The notes under the pieces: generated by a model
Seen by the model: only the letters and a program-made list of their open reading frames with translations
What the model was told of the DNA's origin: nothing
Databases searched by the model: none
Shown here: piece by piece, positions 18,684-29,026 of the stretch
Position numbering within the stretch: the stretch's first letter is position 1
How the letters are laid out: every line of letters begins with the position of its first letter
Program-made: the position numbers and the translations under genes
Assembly (NCBI GenBank): GCA_040387495.1
Contig: JAZKDQ010000018.1
Location: 1-64,000 of the forward strand
DNA length: 64,000 bases
Source: Pseudomonadota bacterium
GTDB taxonomy: Bacteria > Pseudomonadota > Alphaproteobacteria > Paracaedibacterales > CAIOTO01
Direction of reading: 5' to 3'

Positions 18684-19772
18684 TTATTGATTGGGTGGCG
18701 CAATCGTTGCAAACACTTGGGTTGCGGCATTGTTGATCGGTGACGTTGACGGCACGGTTGTTTGTGTTGGCTCCTTCGGACGCGATACGACTTTGCCTGT
18801 TTTTATAAGACTTTCAAAGTCATTTAATGTGAGAGGGTTATCCTGGCATTGATCATTTATGTAAAATGTAGGTATGCCCGTTATTCCTTTTCCTTCATTG
18901 TCTTTTGCTTCAATTACAGCCACAATAAGTCGGTTTGCGACTTCTTCTGCTTTTTCTGAATTGGTAGCTACATCAATTTCTTCAACTGAAAAGCCATTTG
19001 CAAGGGCAAATAAAAGAACGGACGATGTTGGGTTTTCTTCATTGACATTGAACTTCACCAAAGCTTTGTTGCGATCAATAGTTGCGGGTAATTTTTCAAT
19101 CATTTTATTGATTGCTTCTTTGCGTTTTTCTTTTTCTGCAGCAGGAATAATAAGAAACTCGAACCATGAATCTTGATTTTCCATAAATAGTGAAAACGCA
19201 TCCATAAATCGATCAGGCCCACGGTTCCAAGCAAGTTGTGTCACGATAAAGTCAATGGGATGATGACAATAGGGACGTATACCAAACCTGATTTTTCCTG
19301 GGTTAATATATTTTGCGCGGATAACAGGTAGTTCGGCTTTGAAAAAATGTCCACAGTGCCCACAGGTTGGCGAGAAATAGCCGGTGATTGTGTAGGGTGC
19401 ATTATCTTGATTGATTGCTGCTGCTGCGCTATCCGCAGCAAGTGTCGCTGCTGCTGGCTTTAACCACGTAAAGGGAAATGCTTCTACATTATTAAGTGGG
19501 TCATCGATGTTTGTTGTTCCGTGCTTTTTATTATCATCACAACCTTCGTCATCACCTTCATCTTCTTCATCTTCATCTTCGTCTTCTTCATCTTCATTCT
19601 TTTGCTCTTTAACTTTTTTCTTTAATTTTTTAGAAGAGGAAGAATGAGCAGATGTATCACTAAATACATTAGTTGTTAAACCTATGGTATAAAAAGCAAT
19701 AAGTGTAAGGTGCGTGAGAAATATTTTTAAGAAATACATATATTTTTTTTCGCGCATTGGTGTACCGTTCAT
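18684..19772 (-). CDS. DsbA/thioredoxin-fold exported protein with basic-acidic N-terminal tract
   Basis: YFSPTCGHCGHF, YINPGKIRF, cis-Pro GIPTFYIN; poly-D/E tract. Confidence 0.85.
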   Translation of the reverse strand: MNGTPMREKKYMYFLKIFLTHLTLIAFYTIGLTTNVFSDTSAHSSSSKKLKKKVKEQKNEDEEDEDEDEEDEGDDEGCDDNKKHGTTNIDDPLNNVEAFPFTWLKPAAATLAADSAAAAINQDNAPYTITGYFSPTCGHCGHFFKAELPVIRAKYINPGKIRFGIRPYCHHPIDFIVTQLAWNRGPDRFMDAFSLFMENQDSWFEFLIIPAAEKEKRKEAINKMIEKLPATIDRNKALVKFNVNEENPTSSVLLFALANGFSVEEIDVATNSEKAEEVANRLIVAVIEAKDNEGKGITGIPTFYINDQCQDNPLTLNDFESLIKTGKVVSRPKEPTQTTVPSTSPINNAATQVFATIAPPNQ

Positions 19773-19896
19773 TCGTTATGTGTCTTTTAGTTTAGTGTAA
19801 AACTAGTATCAAAAGTTTAACAAAAACAGCCAGAAAGATCATCTAAAATTATCTATAATCTTTAAGTATTTTTTGTTTGCTTACGCATCATGTATC

Positions 19897-19936
19897 AAAA
19901 AAAAAGCCTGAAGCAGTTTCCCACTTCAGGTTTTTT
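19897..19936. terminator. Intrinsic terminator downstream of rplS
   Basis: A9-GCCTGAAG-loop-CTTCAGG-T6. Confidence 0.8.
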
Positions 19937-19960
19937 GTGTAAATCTAGTTTAGAAAGAAA

Positions 19961-20389
19961 CTATTCAGCAGCAGGTGCTGATGGCGCAGCTGTAGGTGTA
20001 GCTACTGTTGCTTTAGGTACAACTTTTCTAACATCACGACGGCGTTCCGCAATACGTGCGCTCTTACCAGTACGACCACGAAGATAATATAATTTCGCGC
20101 GACATACATCACCGTGACGAATTACTTCAATACGAATGTTTGGTGAATAAAGTGGGAATACACGTTCAACGCCTTCACCGTAAGATAATTTCCGTACGCG
20201 GAAAGATGAGTTAATGCCACGATTTTTGCGACCAAGAACAACACCTTCGTATGGCTGAACACGTTCACGTTCGCCTTCGACAACTTTTACGTAGACGCGA
20301 ACAGAGTCGCCTGCGCGAAATTCTGGAATTATTTTACCTTCGGATAGTTTGAGACGGTGTTCATTCTCAATTATTTGTAATAAGTTCAT
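19961..20389 (-). CDS. rplS: 50S ribosomal protein L19
   Basis: [34 protein letters not shown]; start at MNLLQ after a GGAG RBS. Confidence 0.97.
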   Translation of the reverse strand: MNLLQIIENEHRLKLSEGKIIPEFRAGDSVRVYVKVVEGERERVQPYEGVVLGRKNRGINSSFRVRKLSYGEGVERVFPLYSPNIRIEVIRHGDVCRAKLYYLRGRTGKSARIAERRRDVRKVVPKATVATPTAAPSAPAAE

Positions 20390-20626
20390 TTTAGGCTCCT
20401 TTGGCAGCGAACTCAACATTTCCATTGGTTCCCTGATGGGTTTCACTGTTTGTCAAACGTGACAAACGCTTATTGTTATTTGGTCTACTGGTTTATGTAA
20501 CATTCATCTTTAACAATGAATGAATCGCTATGCAGCGCTCTTTAAGTGGTCACCCGACAGTAGAATTCCAGGCACGACCTTATTATGCCAAATGCGAGTT
20601 CATCATAATGGATATAAGCAGAAAAA

Positions 20627-21346
20627 TCAAACCAAATATCTTTCCCAAATATCCGGCCGACGTGCCTTAGTTATCTGCTCTGCTGATTGTTGGCGCCACT
20701 TAGTGATTTTTCCATGATCACCAGATAGCAAAGCCTCTGGCACAGCCTTATCTTTCCATACACGTGGTTTTGTATATTGTGAAAATTCTAGCAAATCCTG
20801 TTCGAAACTCTCAGATGTTGTGGCATCTTCCTTAACCAAAACGCCAGGTAGTAAACGTACACATGCATCCATTAACACAAGCGCAGCCATCTCGCCGCCA
20901 GACAGTACATAATCACCAATACTGACTTCGATGAGACCTTTTTCTTCGCGCCAATATTCGATCACACGATCGTCCACGCCTTCGTATCGCCCACATAAAA
21001 CCACAATACCTGTTTTATTCTGACTTAATTCGCGTGCTAGATCATGGGTGAATGGTTTGCCGCGCGGTGTGACATATATATATTGAGGAGGTTCTTGTTT
21101 AGCATACTCATTCTCAGCAGCGCATAACGCCTTATCCACTACTTCAGCCATCATAACAAGACCTGTTCCACCGCCATAGGGTGTGTCGTCAACGGTGTGG
21201 TGCTTGTCTTTTGCAAAATCACGAATATTGATGGTATCAATTTGCCATTGACCTTTTTCAAGTGCCTTGCCAGCAATCGAATGTGCTAGTGGCCCTGGAA
21301 ACATTTCAGGGAAAAGCGTTAAAATAGTTGCATGCCAGGGTTTCAT
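20627..21346 (-). CDS. trmD: tRNA (guanine37-N1)-methyltransferase
   Basis: TLFPEMF, VDDTPYGGG, LCGRYEGVDDR, SIGDYVLSGGE, LLSGDH. Confidence 0.97.
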   Translation of the reverse strand: MKPWHATILTLFPEMFPGPLAHSIAGKALEKGQWQIDTINIRDFAKDKHHTVDDTPYGGGTGLVMMAEVVDKALCAAENEYAKQEPPQYIYVTPRGKPFTHDLARELSQNKTGIVVLCGRYEGVDDRVIEYWREEKGLIEVSIGDYVLSGGEMAALVLMDACVRLLPGVLVKEDATTSESFEQDLLEFSQYTKPRVWKDKAVPEALLSGDHGKITKWRQQSAEQITKARRPDIWERYLV

Positions 21347-21401
21347 CGTGGTTGTATCAAGCAAAAGAGTTCTGAGAGAACTTTAAGGAAATTCATAGAT
21401 T

Positions 21402-22103
21402 ATGTCTACGTTCATTATATTAGTTGGGATACAATTGCCCGAGAATCTAGGAGCCATTGCGCGGGTAATGGGAAATTTTGCACACAGTAAGCTTAGGCTT
21501 GTGACGCCGAAAGTTGCAGTTGATGACCCAAAGGCTGTGGTTATGACAGTCGGGGCAAGTCATATTCTTGAAAATGCTGAGGTATTTGATTCTTTTGAGG
21601 CGGCAACAGCGGATTGCTGCACGGTCATCGGCACAACGGCGAATCCGCGGGATGTAATTAAGCATTATCTGACGCCACGTGCCTTTGTAGATAGCTTGCC
21701 AACGTTAGCAGATCCCATTGGAATTGTGTTTGGGCCAGAGCGCACAGGCCTTACTACTGATCAAATTGCGTTGTGTAATGCCACACTGCAGATCCCTGTG
21801 AACCCTGAATTTTCGTCGCTTAACATATCGCATGCTGTTGGAATTGTGCTGTACGAGCTATACCAAGCACAAACGAATGCAAACCCCTTTTGGCAACAAG
21901 GCGAGACAGTGCCTGCAACAGCAGCAGATGTAGATGCCTTTTTAGGGTTTTTAGAAGCTAAATTAGATCAAACGCATTTTTGGCGAACAGAGGCGAAAAA
22001 ACCGTTGATGCGTCGTAATCTGTTCGGATTGTTTAAACGCCAGACGTTGTTTCAGCAAGATGTACGGACCCTACGCGGAATGATTGAGGCATTGTCTAAG
22101 TAG
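21402..22103 (+). CDS. trmJ: TrmJ/LasT family SPOUT RNA methyltransferase
   Basis: ENLGAIARVMGNF, FGPERTGL, IPVNPEFSSLNISHAV. Confidence 0.85.
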   Translation: MSTFIILVGIQLPENLGAIARVMGNFAHSKLRLVTPKVAVDDPKAVVMTVGASHILENAEVFDSFEAATADCCTVIGTTANPRDVIKHYLTPRAFVDSLPTLADPIGIVFGPERTGLTTDQIALCNATLQIPVNPEFSSLNISHAVGIVLYELYQAQTNANPFWQQGETVPATAADVDAFLGFLEAKLDQTHFWRTEAKKPLMRRNLFGLFKRQTLFQQDVRTLRGMIEALSK

Positions 22104-22231
22104 AGTAAGAATATACTGTTTTACCTCTTAAATAGTGCATTTTTGATTGAATTCTTATGACTTATGAATGGACATCTATAGGATTCCTCTCTCGGTATAT
22201 AAGGAATGAATGGCCTTCATTCCCAAAGGGT

Positions 22232-22666
22232 TTATTCCTGCAAATATAAATCCAACTCATCTAAAGGAAGCCTCATAAGATCTTTATGAACCTCCTTGTA
22301 AATCTTTCTTTGAACATCTTTATGTAAAAAGTTTCGCAGATATCCTAATATGTGATCAGGCGCAATTAAGGCTATTTCCTCATAAAGTTCTTTATTGTAA
22401 TTTAAAAAAGTAGCAAGTTTTCGTGCAAAATTTTCTTTGTCGATTTCTTTAGGTTTTCCTGGAAGTGGAAAAACATGATGATCTCCCTGATCAGCACCAT
22501 GTTGCCTAATTCTACCAAGATGGTGAGTAAATACTTTTTTCTGATGAGGAAATTCTTCTATGCGTTCTGTTCCATAAATATGCACGTACATGCCTGAAGT
22601 ACTTTTTGCTAAAACTTTAGCTTTCAAACCATCCATAAGTAGTGCCCATTTTATTAATTTTTTCAT
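22232..22666 (-). CDS. Host attachment protein family (release-factor-like, baeRF12-type)
   Basis: WALLMDG..A, PKEIDKENFARKLA.FL, LIAPDHILGYLR, EVHKDL. Confidence 0.8.
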   Translation of the reverse strand: MKKLIKWALLMDGLKAKVLAKSTSGMYVHIYGTERIEEFPHQKKVFTHHLGRIRQHGADQGDHHVFPLPGKPKEIDKENFARKLATFLNYNKELYEEIALIAPDHILGYLRNFLHKDVQRKIYKEVHKDLMRLPLDELDLYLQE

Positions 22667-22807
22667 TTCCAGCCTCCCTTTTGTGCCATCTATTCGTTTT
22701 TATAAGAATAATTATTCGCTCATTTTGGGTTATATTTTGATGTGTTTAACAATACATGAAAACTCAAAATTATAAATCTCACTTGATATTATATTACGCA
22801 CTGCAAT

Positions 22808-23422
22808 TTAATCATTTACCCCTCCAACCATAGGAACAAAACGGACGCTAAAAAGGTCTTCAGAAATGAAATGATTTTCTCTATTCGTTTTAGTAATTTT
22901 TATAAGCATCTGATTATGCCGTTCATCTTCTATTGGAATAATCAGACGCCCGCCAATTTTCAACTGGCCTAAAAGCTTCTCTGGTAATTTCTTAGCTGCA
23001 GCTGTCACGATAATAGCATCAAATGGTTCTTTTTCTTTCCAACCAGTATATCCATCTTCTATTTTGATATGGACGTTCTTATAACCCATTTTTTGTAGTA
23101 ATTGTGATGTGTTATTGCCTAATTCAGGAATGACTTCCACAGAATAAACCTCTTTGCATATTTCTGCGAGAATAGCGGCTTGGTATCCCGAACCTGTACC
23201 GATTTCGAGCACAAGTGATTGGTTATCGATTTGTGCCGCTTCGGTCATGAAAGCCACCATGTAGGGTTGGGAGATTGTTTGTTTGCATGTTATTGGGAGA
23301 GGATGATCTTCATAGGCATATGCAGAATAAGATACATGCACAAAAAGGTGTCGTGGCACTTTCTGCATGGCGTGAAGTACAGACTCATCTTTAATTCCTT
23401 TTAGCTGAAGAGTATGAAGCAT
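22808..23422 (-). CDS. pcm: Protein-L-isoaspartate O-methyltransferase
   Basis: VPRHLFV, QTISQPYMVA, LEIGTGSGYQAA, PFDAIIVTAA, VRFVPM. Confidence 0.95.
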   Translation of the reverse strand: MLHTLQLKGIKDESVLHAMQKVPRHLFVHVSYSAYAYEDHPLPITCKQTISQPYMVAFMTEAAQIDNQSLVLEIGTGSGYQAAILAEICKEVYSVEVIPELGNNTSQLLQKMGYKNVHIKIEDGYTGWKEKEPFDAIIVTAAAKKLPEKLLGQLKIGGRLIIPIEDERHNQMLIKITKTNRENHFISEDLFSVRFVPMVGGVND

Positions 23423-23653
23423 TTTCTCTCTTCTTAATGTGAAATCATGTTATTCATACTATTTCTCCTGTATAAATTACGCATATTCAAATTGAATAAC
23501 AAATATTGTTTTTGATTGAGAAGCTGGCACAAGGTGTTCTGGATTATACCTGAACGCTGTATTTTGGTTGAGGCCATTAGATTTAAGGGTAAAATACTTA
23601 TTGCTAATAATGTTGGAAGCCATGCTATGTGCGAAAGTTTCATATCACATCCT

Positions 23654-23689
23654 TCAAGTAGAACATCTCTATCAAGTAGAACATCTCTA
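23654..23689. repeat. 18-bp tandem duplication TCAAGTAGAACATCTCTA x2
   Basis: Read directly; includes the stop codon of the BI-1/YccA gene. Confidence 0.85.
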
Positions 23690-24388
23690 TTTCTCACGGC
23701 GACGCCCAAAGAAACGAAGTAAGTAGAGAAAAAGATTTAAGTAATTCAGATAAAGTGTTAAGGCTCCTACGATTGATTTTTTCTCAAGTATTTCTTGGTG
23801 ATCATCTGAAAAATATAAATTTTTTATGCCTTGAATATCAACAGCTGTTAACCCAACAAATAAAAGAACTCCCACACTGGAAATAACGAGATCAAAAGAA
23901 GTGCTTCGGAGGAATAAATTTATCAATCCAGCTATGATCAGTCCCAAAAGCCCCATGATCATAAAGGATTTTAGGGATGATAAATCAGTTTTTGTGTTGT
24001 ATCCAAAAAGGCTCATTGCACCAAAAGTAGCGGATGTGATGAAAAAAGTAGAAGCGATACTCTGGCCTGTGTAGAAAAGAATTGCTGGAGCTAAAGAAAT
24101 TCCTATTGTGGTCGCATACAGCCAGAAAAGGATTTGGATAGTAAAAGACGATAAAATTTGGATACGCGATCCTATATAATAAACAAGAATGAATGGAGCA
24201 ATCAAAATCGCCCATATAAGAGGAGTCCCAAAGATAGCATCAAAAAGATAAGGAGTAGAAGCAATCCAGTAGGCAGCAATACCAGTCAGGCTTAATCCTA
24301 ACATCATATACGTATAGACTTTTATTAAGTAAGTACGTAATCCTTCATCTATGTAGTGAGCTTCTTTCATGTAAAAATCATTTTTCAT
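23687..24388 (-). CDS. Bax inhibitor-1/YccA family membrane protein
   Basis: DEGLRTYLIKVY, GYNTKTDLS, GLTAVDIQ, GALTLYLNYLNLF. Confidence 0.92.
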   Translation of the reverse strand: MKNDFYMKEAHYIDEGLRTYLIKVYTYMMLGLSLTGIAAYWIASTPYLFDAIFGTPLIWAILIAPFILVYYIGSRIQILSSFTIQILFWLYATTIGISLAPAILFYTGQSIASTFFITSATFGAMSLFGYNTKTDLSSLKSFMIMGLLGLIIAGLINLFLRSTSFDLVISSVGVLLFVGLTAVDIQGIKNLYFSDDHQEILEKKSIVGALTLYLNYLNLFLYLLRFFGRRREK

Positions 24389-24424
24389 GATAATTTCTCC
24401 AATATTGATGCGTTTACGTTTTTA

Positions 24425-26032
24425 TTATTCCTCAATTCTAAGCGATGGATAATGCGGCCCACCCTTGCCGATAACAAGCAGCATTACATTCTTACGGCCA
24501 TTCTTTTTTGCTTGTTTAATAATATCGGATACATCTTGTGGTTTTTGAATGCTTTGTTGATTTACTTCCGTTATGATCTCGCCTGGGATAATGCCTGCAT
24601 CGTCACCTGCGCTTCCTGGCTCAACTTTTATAACTAAGGCGCCTTTTATATGTGGTGATAAATGTAATTTATTTTGTGCACTTTCAGTAATGGGTCCTAG
24701 CGTTAGCCCAAAGGTTTCCGTATCTGTAAAACGTGGCCTTTTCGTTACATCAAACTCATCCATTTTGCCTGATTTAGCTGCTTCTTCATATTCACCAACA
24801 GTTACGTGTAATGTTATCTCTTTTCCCTTTCTCCATATTTTTAATGGAACTGTTTCCCCCACATCAGTTTCACCAACCAAACGTGGCAATCGATTCTTCT
24901 CATTAAGTATTTTTCCATCATATTCAAAAATAATGTCGCCATCTTTAATTTTAGCTTTTTCTGCAGGACCATCACTGGTTACAGAACCTACGATTACTCC
25001 TTGCACTTTAATGCCGAGTGCTTCCGTCATATCTTCTGTTAACGGTTGTATGCGTATGCCAATCCATCCGCGTTTTGTACGACCAAAGTCGATAAGTTGG
25101 TCAACTGTCTTTTTAGCAACACCGGAAGGAACAGCAAAACCAACGCCAACGTTGCCCCCTGTAGGTGAGAAAATAGCCGTATTGATGCCAATAACCTGAC
25201 CTTTCATATTAAGCAAGCAACCACCTGAGTTCCCGATGTTAATTTGCGCACTGTGCTGTATGAAGTCATCCACATAACCGCTCATAGTTCCACGTCCTGG
25301 CATAACAAGATCACGTCCTTTGCTAGACACAATGCCAACTGTAATGCTGTTACTTAGGCCAAAAGGATTGCCAATTGAAATTACCCAGTCACCGACACAT
25401 GTTTTATCTGCATCTCCCCATTCGAGAGCAGCGAGATTGCGTTTGTTTATAGGAAAATCCTCTAGCCTCACTTTAAGCACGGCTATGTCAGTGCGATCAT
25501 CTGTCGCATGCACAACTGCATTTAGTTCCGTTTTGTCATGCAAATAAATTGTGATTTTCTTTGCATCCGTAATAACGTGATTGTTTGTGACGACGTACAT
25601 AGCATCTGCCGTAACACGTATTATAAAGCCAGATCCTAAGGAGCGCACTTTGCGTGGCATGTTAAACTCGGGACGATCAAAAAAATCGCGAAATAATTCA
25701 TCAAACGGTGTGCCTGATGGAAAATCTGGTAGGTCTTTCTTTGCTTTTGGATCAACAATTTGTGTCGTTGCAATACTGACAACAGATGGTAATGCGCGCT
25801 CTGCAATGTATGAAAATCCTTGACTTATATCGCCAAAAGATGTTCTTTCTTGCGAAGGTTTTTTATCAATATGCGATATAAACTTCTCAGCATTTGTTGC
25901 TGCTAAGCGCCCTAATTGAGCAGAGCAATGGCTTGACGAAAGTCCAATAGTGAAGGATATAACAATAATGATAAAAAATAATATAGATACAATGAGATAT
26001 TTAGTTTTACAGTTACAATTCAATAATTTCAT
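24425..26032 (-). CDS. Do/DegP/DegQ serine endoprotease with two PDZ domains
   Basis: SLGSGFII, TNNHVI, DIAVLK, IGNPFGL, GNSGG, GVGFAVP. Confidence 0.95.
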   Translation of the reverse strand: MKLLNCNCKTKYLIVSILFFIIIVISFTIGLSSSHCSAQLGRLAATNAEKFISHIDKKPSQERTSFGDISQGFSYIAERALPSVVSIATTQIVDPKAKKDLPDFPSGTPFDELFRDFFDRPEFNMPRKVRSLGSGFIIRVTADAMYVVTNNHVITDAKKITIYLHDKTELNAVVHATDDRTDIAVLKVRLEDFPINKRNLAALEWGDADKTCVGDWVISIGNPFGLSNSITVGIVSSKGRDLVMPGRGTMSGYVDDFIQHSAQINIGNSGGCLLNMKGQVIGINTAIFSPTGGNVGVGFAVPSGVAKKTVDQLIDFGRTKRGWIGIRIQPLTEDMTEALGIKVQGVIVGSVTSDGPAEKAKIKDGDIIFEYDGKILNEKNRLPRLVGETDVGETVPLKIWRKGKEITLHVTVGEYEEAAKSGKMDEFDVTKRPRFTDTETFGLTLGPITESAQNKLHLSPHIKGALVIKVEPGSAGDDAGIIPGEIITEVNQQSIQKPQDVSDIIKQAKKNGRKNVMLLVIGKGGPHYPSLRIEE

Positions 26033-26275
26033 ATGCATTCTCCTTGTTCTTTTATCTCATTTTTTAACTATGCAGGATGAAAATACATACGTACATGTGA
26101 AATATACAGGAATATTCGCCTCAATAATATTCATTTTTATTTATATTTTTCTGTTATGGTTGAAAACAATTTGAATATTAAAGTTGATATTATGATTCAG
26201 AAATTATAAAGCTAAATAGGTTCAACTTACTAAAATTAGAATGTGTTATTAACCTAAACCAAAAAGGAGAAGCTC

Positions 26276-26524
26276 ATGGCTGGAACAACAGAAGGTGGAA
26301 AAAAAACAAGTGAAGGTGGTCGCGGAGATCCTCATAAAGCAAGCCCCGCTGCCGTAGAAAATTATCTAAAGGGTATAACCTTTCCTGCAGATAAGAATGA
26401 ACTTATCAAACATGCACGAGAAAATGCAGCTCCGGATGATGTCTTGTATGTGTTGAGTCAATTTGGGGAAGAAGAATATCATTCTCCAATCGATGTGGCA
26501 AAAGAAGTTGGAAATATAAAATAG
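26276..26524 (+). CDS. DUF2795 family protein with hydrophilic G/K-rich N-terminus
   Basis: YLKGITFPADKNELIKHARENAA...YHSPIDV; AAGGAG RBS. Confidence 0.85.
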   Translation: MAGTTEGGKKTSEGGRGDPHKASPAAVENYLKGITFPADKNELIKHARENAAPDDVLYVLSQFGEEEYHSPIDVAKEVGNIK

Positions 26525-26625
26525 ATTGTTTGAATAATAGGCTCTCTTTATTGTGTAAATTATTCACTGTGTATATAATTGCAAATATAAGTAGCCATTT
26601 ATAAATTTTAAGAAGGAAATTTATT

Positions 26626-26988
26626 ATGACTAAGGCATCTTTTAAATTATATATAGGCGCTATTTCATTACTTGTTTTTGCACATCCATTGATGGCAAGC
26701 AAAATAGATATCGTCAATGAAAATAAAAAGGAATTGACTGTAAAAATAAATGGAGAAGGAACGGATGCTGCAGATCCTTATGAAAAGAAAATCCCTGGAG
26801 AACATAACTCTACACTTGTAATAAGTAAAAAGGATCTAAACAACAAAACATTTTATTCCATTAAAGGTGAAACGAGTAATTTTACACCGAGTGGTAGATG
26901 CGATTATTTGAATGTTGATAAAAATTACAAGGTTACTTTTTTAAATGATTCGATAGGCACTACTTGTATTGCCGAGGAAGTTAAGTGA
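26626..26988 (+). CDS. Secreted hypothetical beta-rich protein
   Basis: Signal peptide ending PLMA; two Cys. Confidence 0.65.
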   Translation: MTKASFKLYIGAISLLVFAHPLMASKIDIVNENKKELTVKINGEGTDAADPYEKKIPGEHNSTLVISKKDLNNKTFYSIKGETSNFTPSGRCDYLNVDKNYKVTFLNDSIGTTCIAEEVK

Positions 26989-27000
26989 TTTTATGATTTT

Positions 27001-27032
27001 AACCTAGTATATGTTAGGACATATACTAGGTT
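27001..27032. terminator. Perfect 14-bp inverted repeat (terminator or operator)
   Basis: AACCTAGTATATGT-TAGG-ACATATACTAGGTT followed by CTTTT. Confidence 0.55.
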
Positions 27033-27058
27033 CTTTTAATATTACAAGGAGATGGAAA

Positions 27059-27511
27059 ATGGTGACATTAGTTGGAATGCAAGATGATTTTGGGTCGGCG
27101 CTTAAGGATTTAATCGAACTTGAGTATGATGCTGTAGAAGCTTATGAAGCTGCTATTAATAGGCTCGACAATGAAGAATACAGAATGAGTATTACTTCAT
27201 TTATGCAAGACCATTTGCGGCATATTAAGGAGGTTTCAGAATTGTTGAAAAAGCACAACGAAACGCCACCGAGTGGTCCTAGTTTAGCAAAGCAATGGCT
27301 TACAAAGGGTAAAGTTATTTTCGGAAATCTTGTAGGAGATAAAACAATTCTAATGGCTTTGAGAAGCAATGAAATTGATACGAACACAGCCTATGAACGT
27401 TTAAAGATTCACGAGCACATTTGGTCAGATGCGCGAGATATTATAAATCGCGGACTCATGGATGAACGTAAACATAAGAAATGGCTTGAATCTGTTCTTG
27501 ATTCTGAATAA
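27059..27511 (+). CDS. Ferritin-like domain protein (DUF2383/PA2169-like)
   Basis: LIELEYDAVEAY..AI, DHLRH, NE..TNTAYE, DERKH diiron-type pattern. Confidence 0.85.
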   Translation: MVTLVGMQDDFGSALKDLIELEYDAVEAYEAAINRLDNEEYRMSITSFMQDHLRHIKEVSELLKKHNETPPSGPSLAKQWLTKGKVIFGNLVGDKTILMALRSNEIDTNTAYERLKIHEHIWSDARDIINRGLMDERKHKKWLESVLDSE

Positions 27512-27702
27512 ATACGCACATCTAAAACTTCCTATCTCTTCGGGAAACCTGAGTATAGTAAGAAGTTTTTCTCATCAAAAAATGGGCTATTTAAATTATT
27601 TAATTGGCCTATAGGCCGTCAATTGACTTTAATAATTGAAACAATAATCATTTTAGGTTCTGGTGTAGGCTTAAGTGAGTAAGTTTTTGTATCCTCCACT
27701 AT

Positions 27703-27761
27703 GTCGTCCTCGTGCTCCCTCCTTCGCCAAAGCTTCAGGAGGACAGATGACACGAGGATCT
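27703..27761 (+). repeat. Palindromic repeat element (GTCGTCCTCGTG...CACGAGGATCT)
   Basis: Nested hairpins TCCTCGTG/CACGAGGA and CCTCCT/AGGAGG. Confidence 0.65.
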
Positions 27762-27817
27762 TTGTGCTTTTAAAGGTAAATAGCTTGAGTTCTCTTGTAA
27801 TGTATTAAAGAAAGAAG

Positions 27818-28279
27818 CTATGTGTTTTTTGTTCTCGTATATCTTCCTATGAGTACAGCTTGTTCTAATATGTGTTGTTCCATCGCATTTTCTATATGCA
27901 ATCTAGATGCTCCCTCAGGTAGTGGAAGAATGTTATTTAATGCGTATAACTTAAAATAATAATGATGTTCACCACTGGGTGGACAAGGTCCTCCATATTC
28001 TTTTACTCGCCAACTGTTTAAACCTAATTTTGTAGGCTCAACTAATGTTTTTATGTTTTCTTCTAATTTAGTTATTTCAGTCGATATGTTGTAAACAATC
28101 CAGTGATCCCACATTCCGTTGGTAGTGTCAGGGTCATCCATAATAAGAACAAACGATTTTGTTCCTTTAGGGATATTACTCCATTCAAGTGGGGGCGAAA
28201 TATCTTCGCCATCACATGTATATTTTATTGGAATTTCGGAATTGTTCTCGAATTCAGTTGAGCTTAATGATAGACTCAT
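27818..28279 (-). CDS. YbhB/YbcL PEBP (Raf kinase inhibitor-like) protein
   Basis: YTCDGEDISPPLEW, MDDPD, WDHW, YGGPCPPSGEHHYYFKLYAL. Confidence 0.93.
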   Translation of the reverse strand: MSLSLSSTEFENNSEIPIKYTCDGEDISPPLEWSNIPKGTKSFVLIMDDPDTTNGMWDHWIVYNISTEITKLEENIKTLVEPTKLGLNSWRVKEYGGPCPPSGEHHYYFKLYALNNILPLPEGASRLHIENAMEQHILEQAVLIGRYTRTKNT

Positions 28280-28322
28280 AATAATTCTCCTTATATTTAT
28301 AAAATATATAACTAATTATTCT

Positions 28323-28586
28323 TTATATGCCAGAGGATAGGTTGTGGGTAATTCTCCTTTCGCCCAGCTCTCTGTCAAATCGAGAGGCATAACAGCCGTT
28401 GTGTGATCCAAGTGAATCAATGCATCAAATTTGATAGAACTCATGTGTGCCATGAGAAGATTCACCAATCATAACAAACCGAGCTGACCCAATATTTTCT
28501 AAGATACCTGGATAGTCATTGTGTCTATTTTCAAAAGGACAAATTTTAGGCCCTAGTGTATTTAATAAAGGGTGAATTATCTCCAT
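28323..28586 (-). pseudogene. Erythromycin-esterase family gene remnant with large internal deletion
   Basis: N-terminal IGSARFVMIGESSHGTHEFY joined out of frame to C-terminal FDALIHLDHTTAVMPL...ELPTTYP. Confidence 0.8.
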
Positions 28587-29026
28587 AAGTGTCTCCTGAG
28601 TAGAATCCACACATTGTGGACAAAGGCCTTAATATGGGGCCATGTGCTCGCTTTCATTCGTGAGTTTAACAAAATTATTAATTTAAATTATTTGAAAATG
28701 ACCGACAAATTCACAAGTGAGTGATTTATATAATATGATTTCTTGCTAAACTGAATTCTAGATATTTATAATCTTGAAAGGTGGTTGTAATGTATTGCAA
28801 TAACAACTCCAACTAATATAATTTTTCACTAACTTTGTGAATTTAAATTTTTTGTTAAATACATCTTCTTTGCTTCAGCCATTCATTTAAAATGAGAGCA
28901 GGGTTATCTAAGAAGTGTTCCTGGAATAATGGCTGCTAATCGAAAAATATTAGTAGATTCGAATGAATTTATTGCCGAATACACGGAAAATAGGTAGAAG
29001 AGCTTGTTAAATAGTTGAGGAGATAA

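Noticed and set aside
20390..20626. Long trmD-rplS spacer with a small TTTGTCA/TGACAAA hairpin, possible leader RNA
   Set aside because: Only one short stem; cannot be supported without comparative data
22190..22225. Possible third att copy bounding the stress cluster
   Set aside because: Weak similarity; better explained by the GGAATGAA/TTCATTCC hairpin between convergent genes
23434..23709. 91-aa ORF between pcm and the BI-1 gene
   Set aside because: The RDVLL repeat comes from an 18-bp duplication; at most a decayed signal-peptide gene, not a confident CDS
24573..25199. 208-aa antisense ORF and the many other shadow ORFs in the track
   Set aside because: They lie inside or opposite well-supported genes and have no motifs
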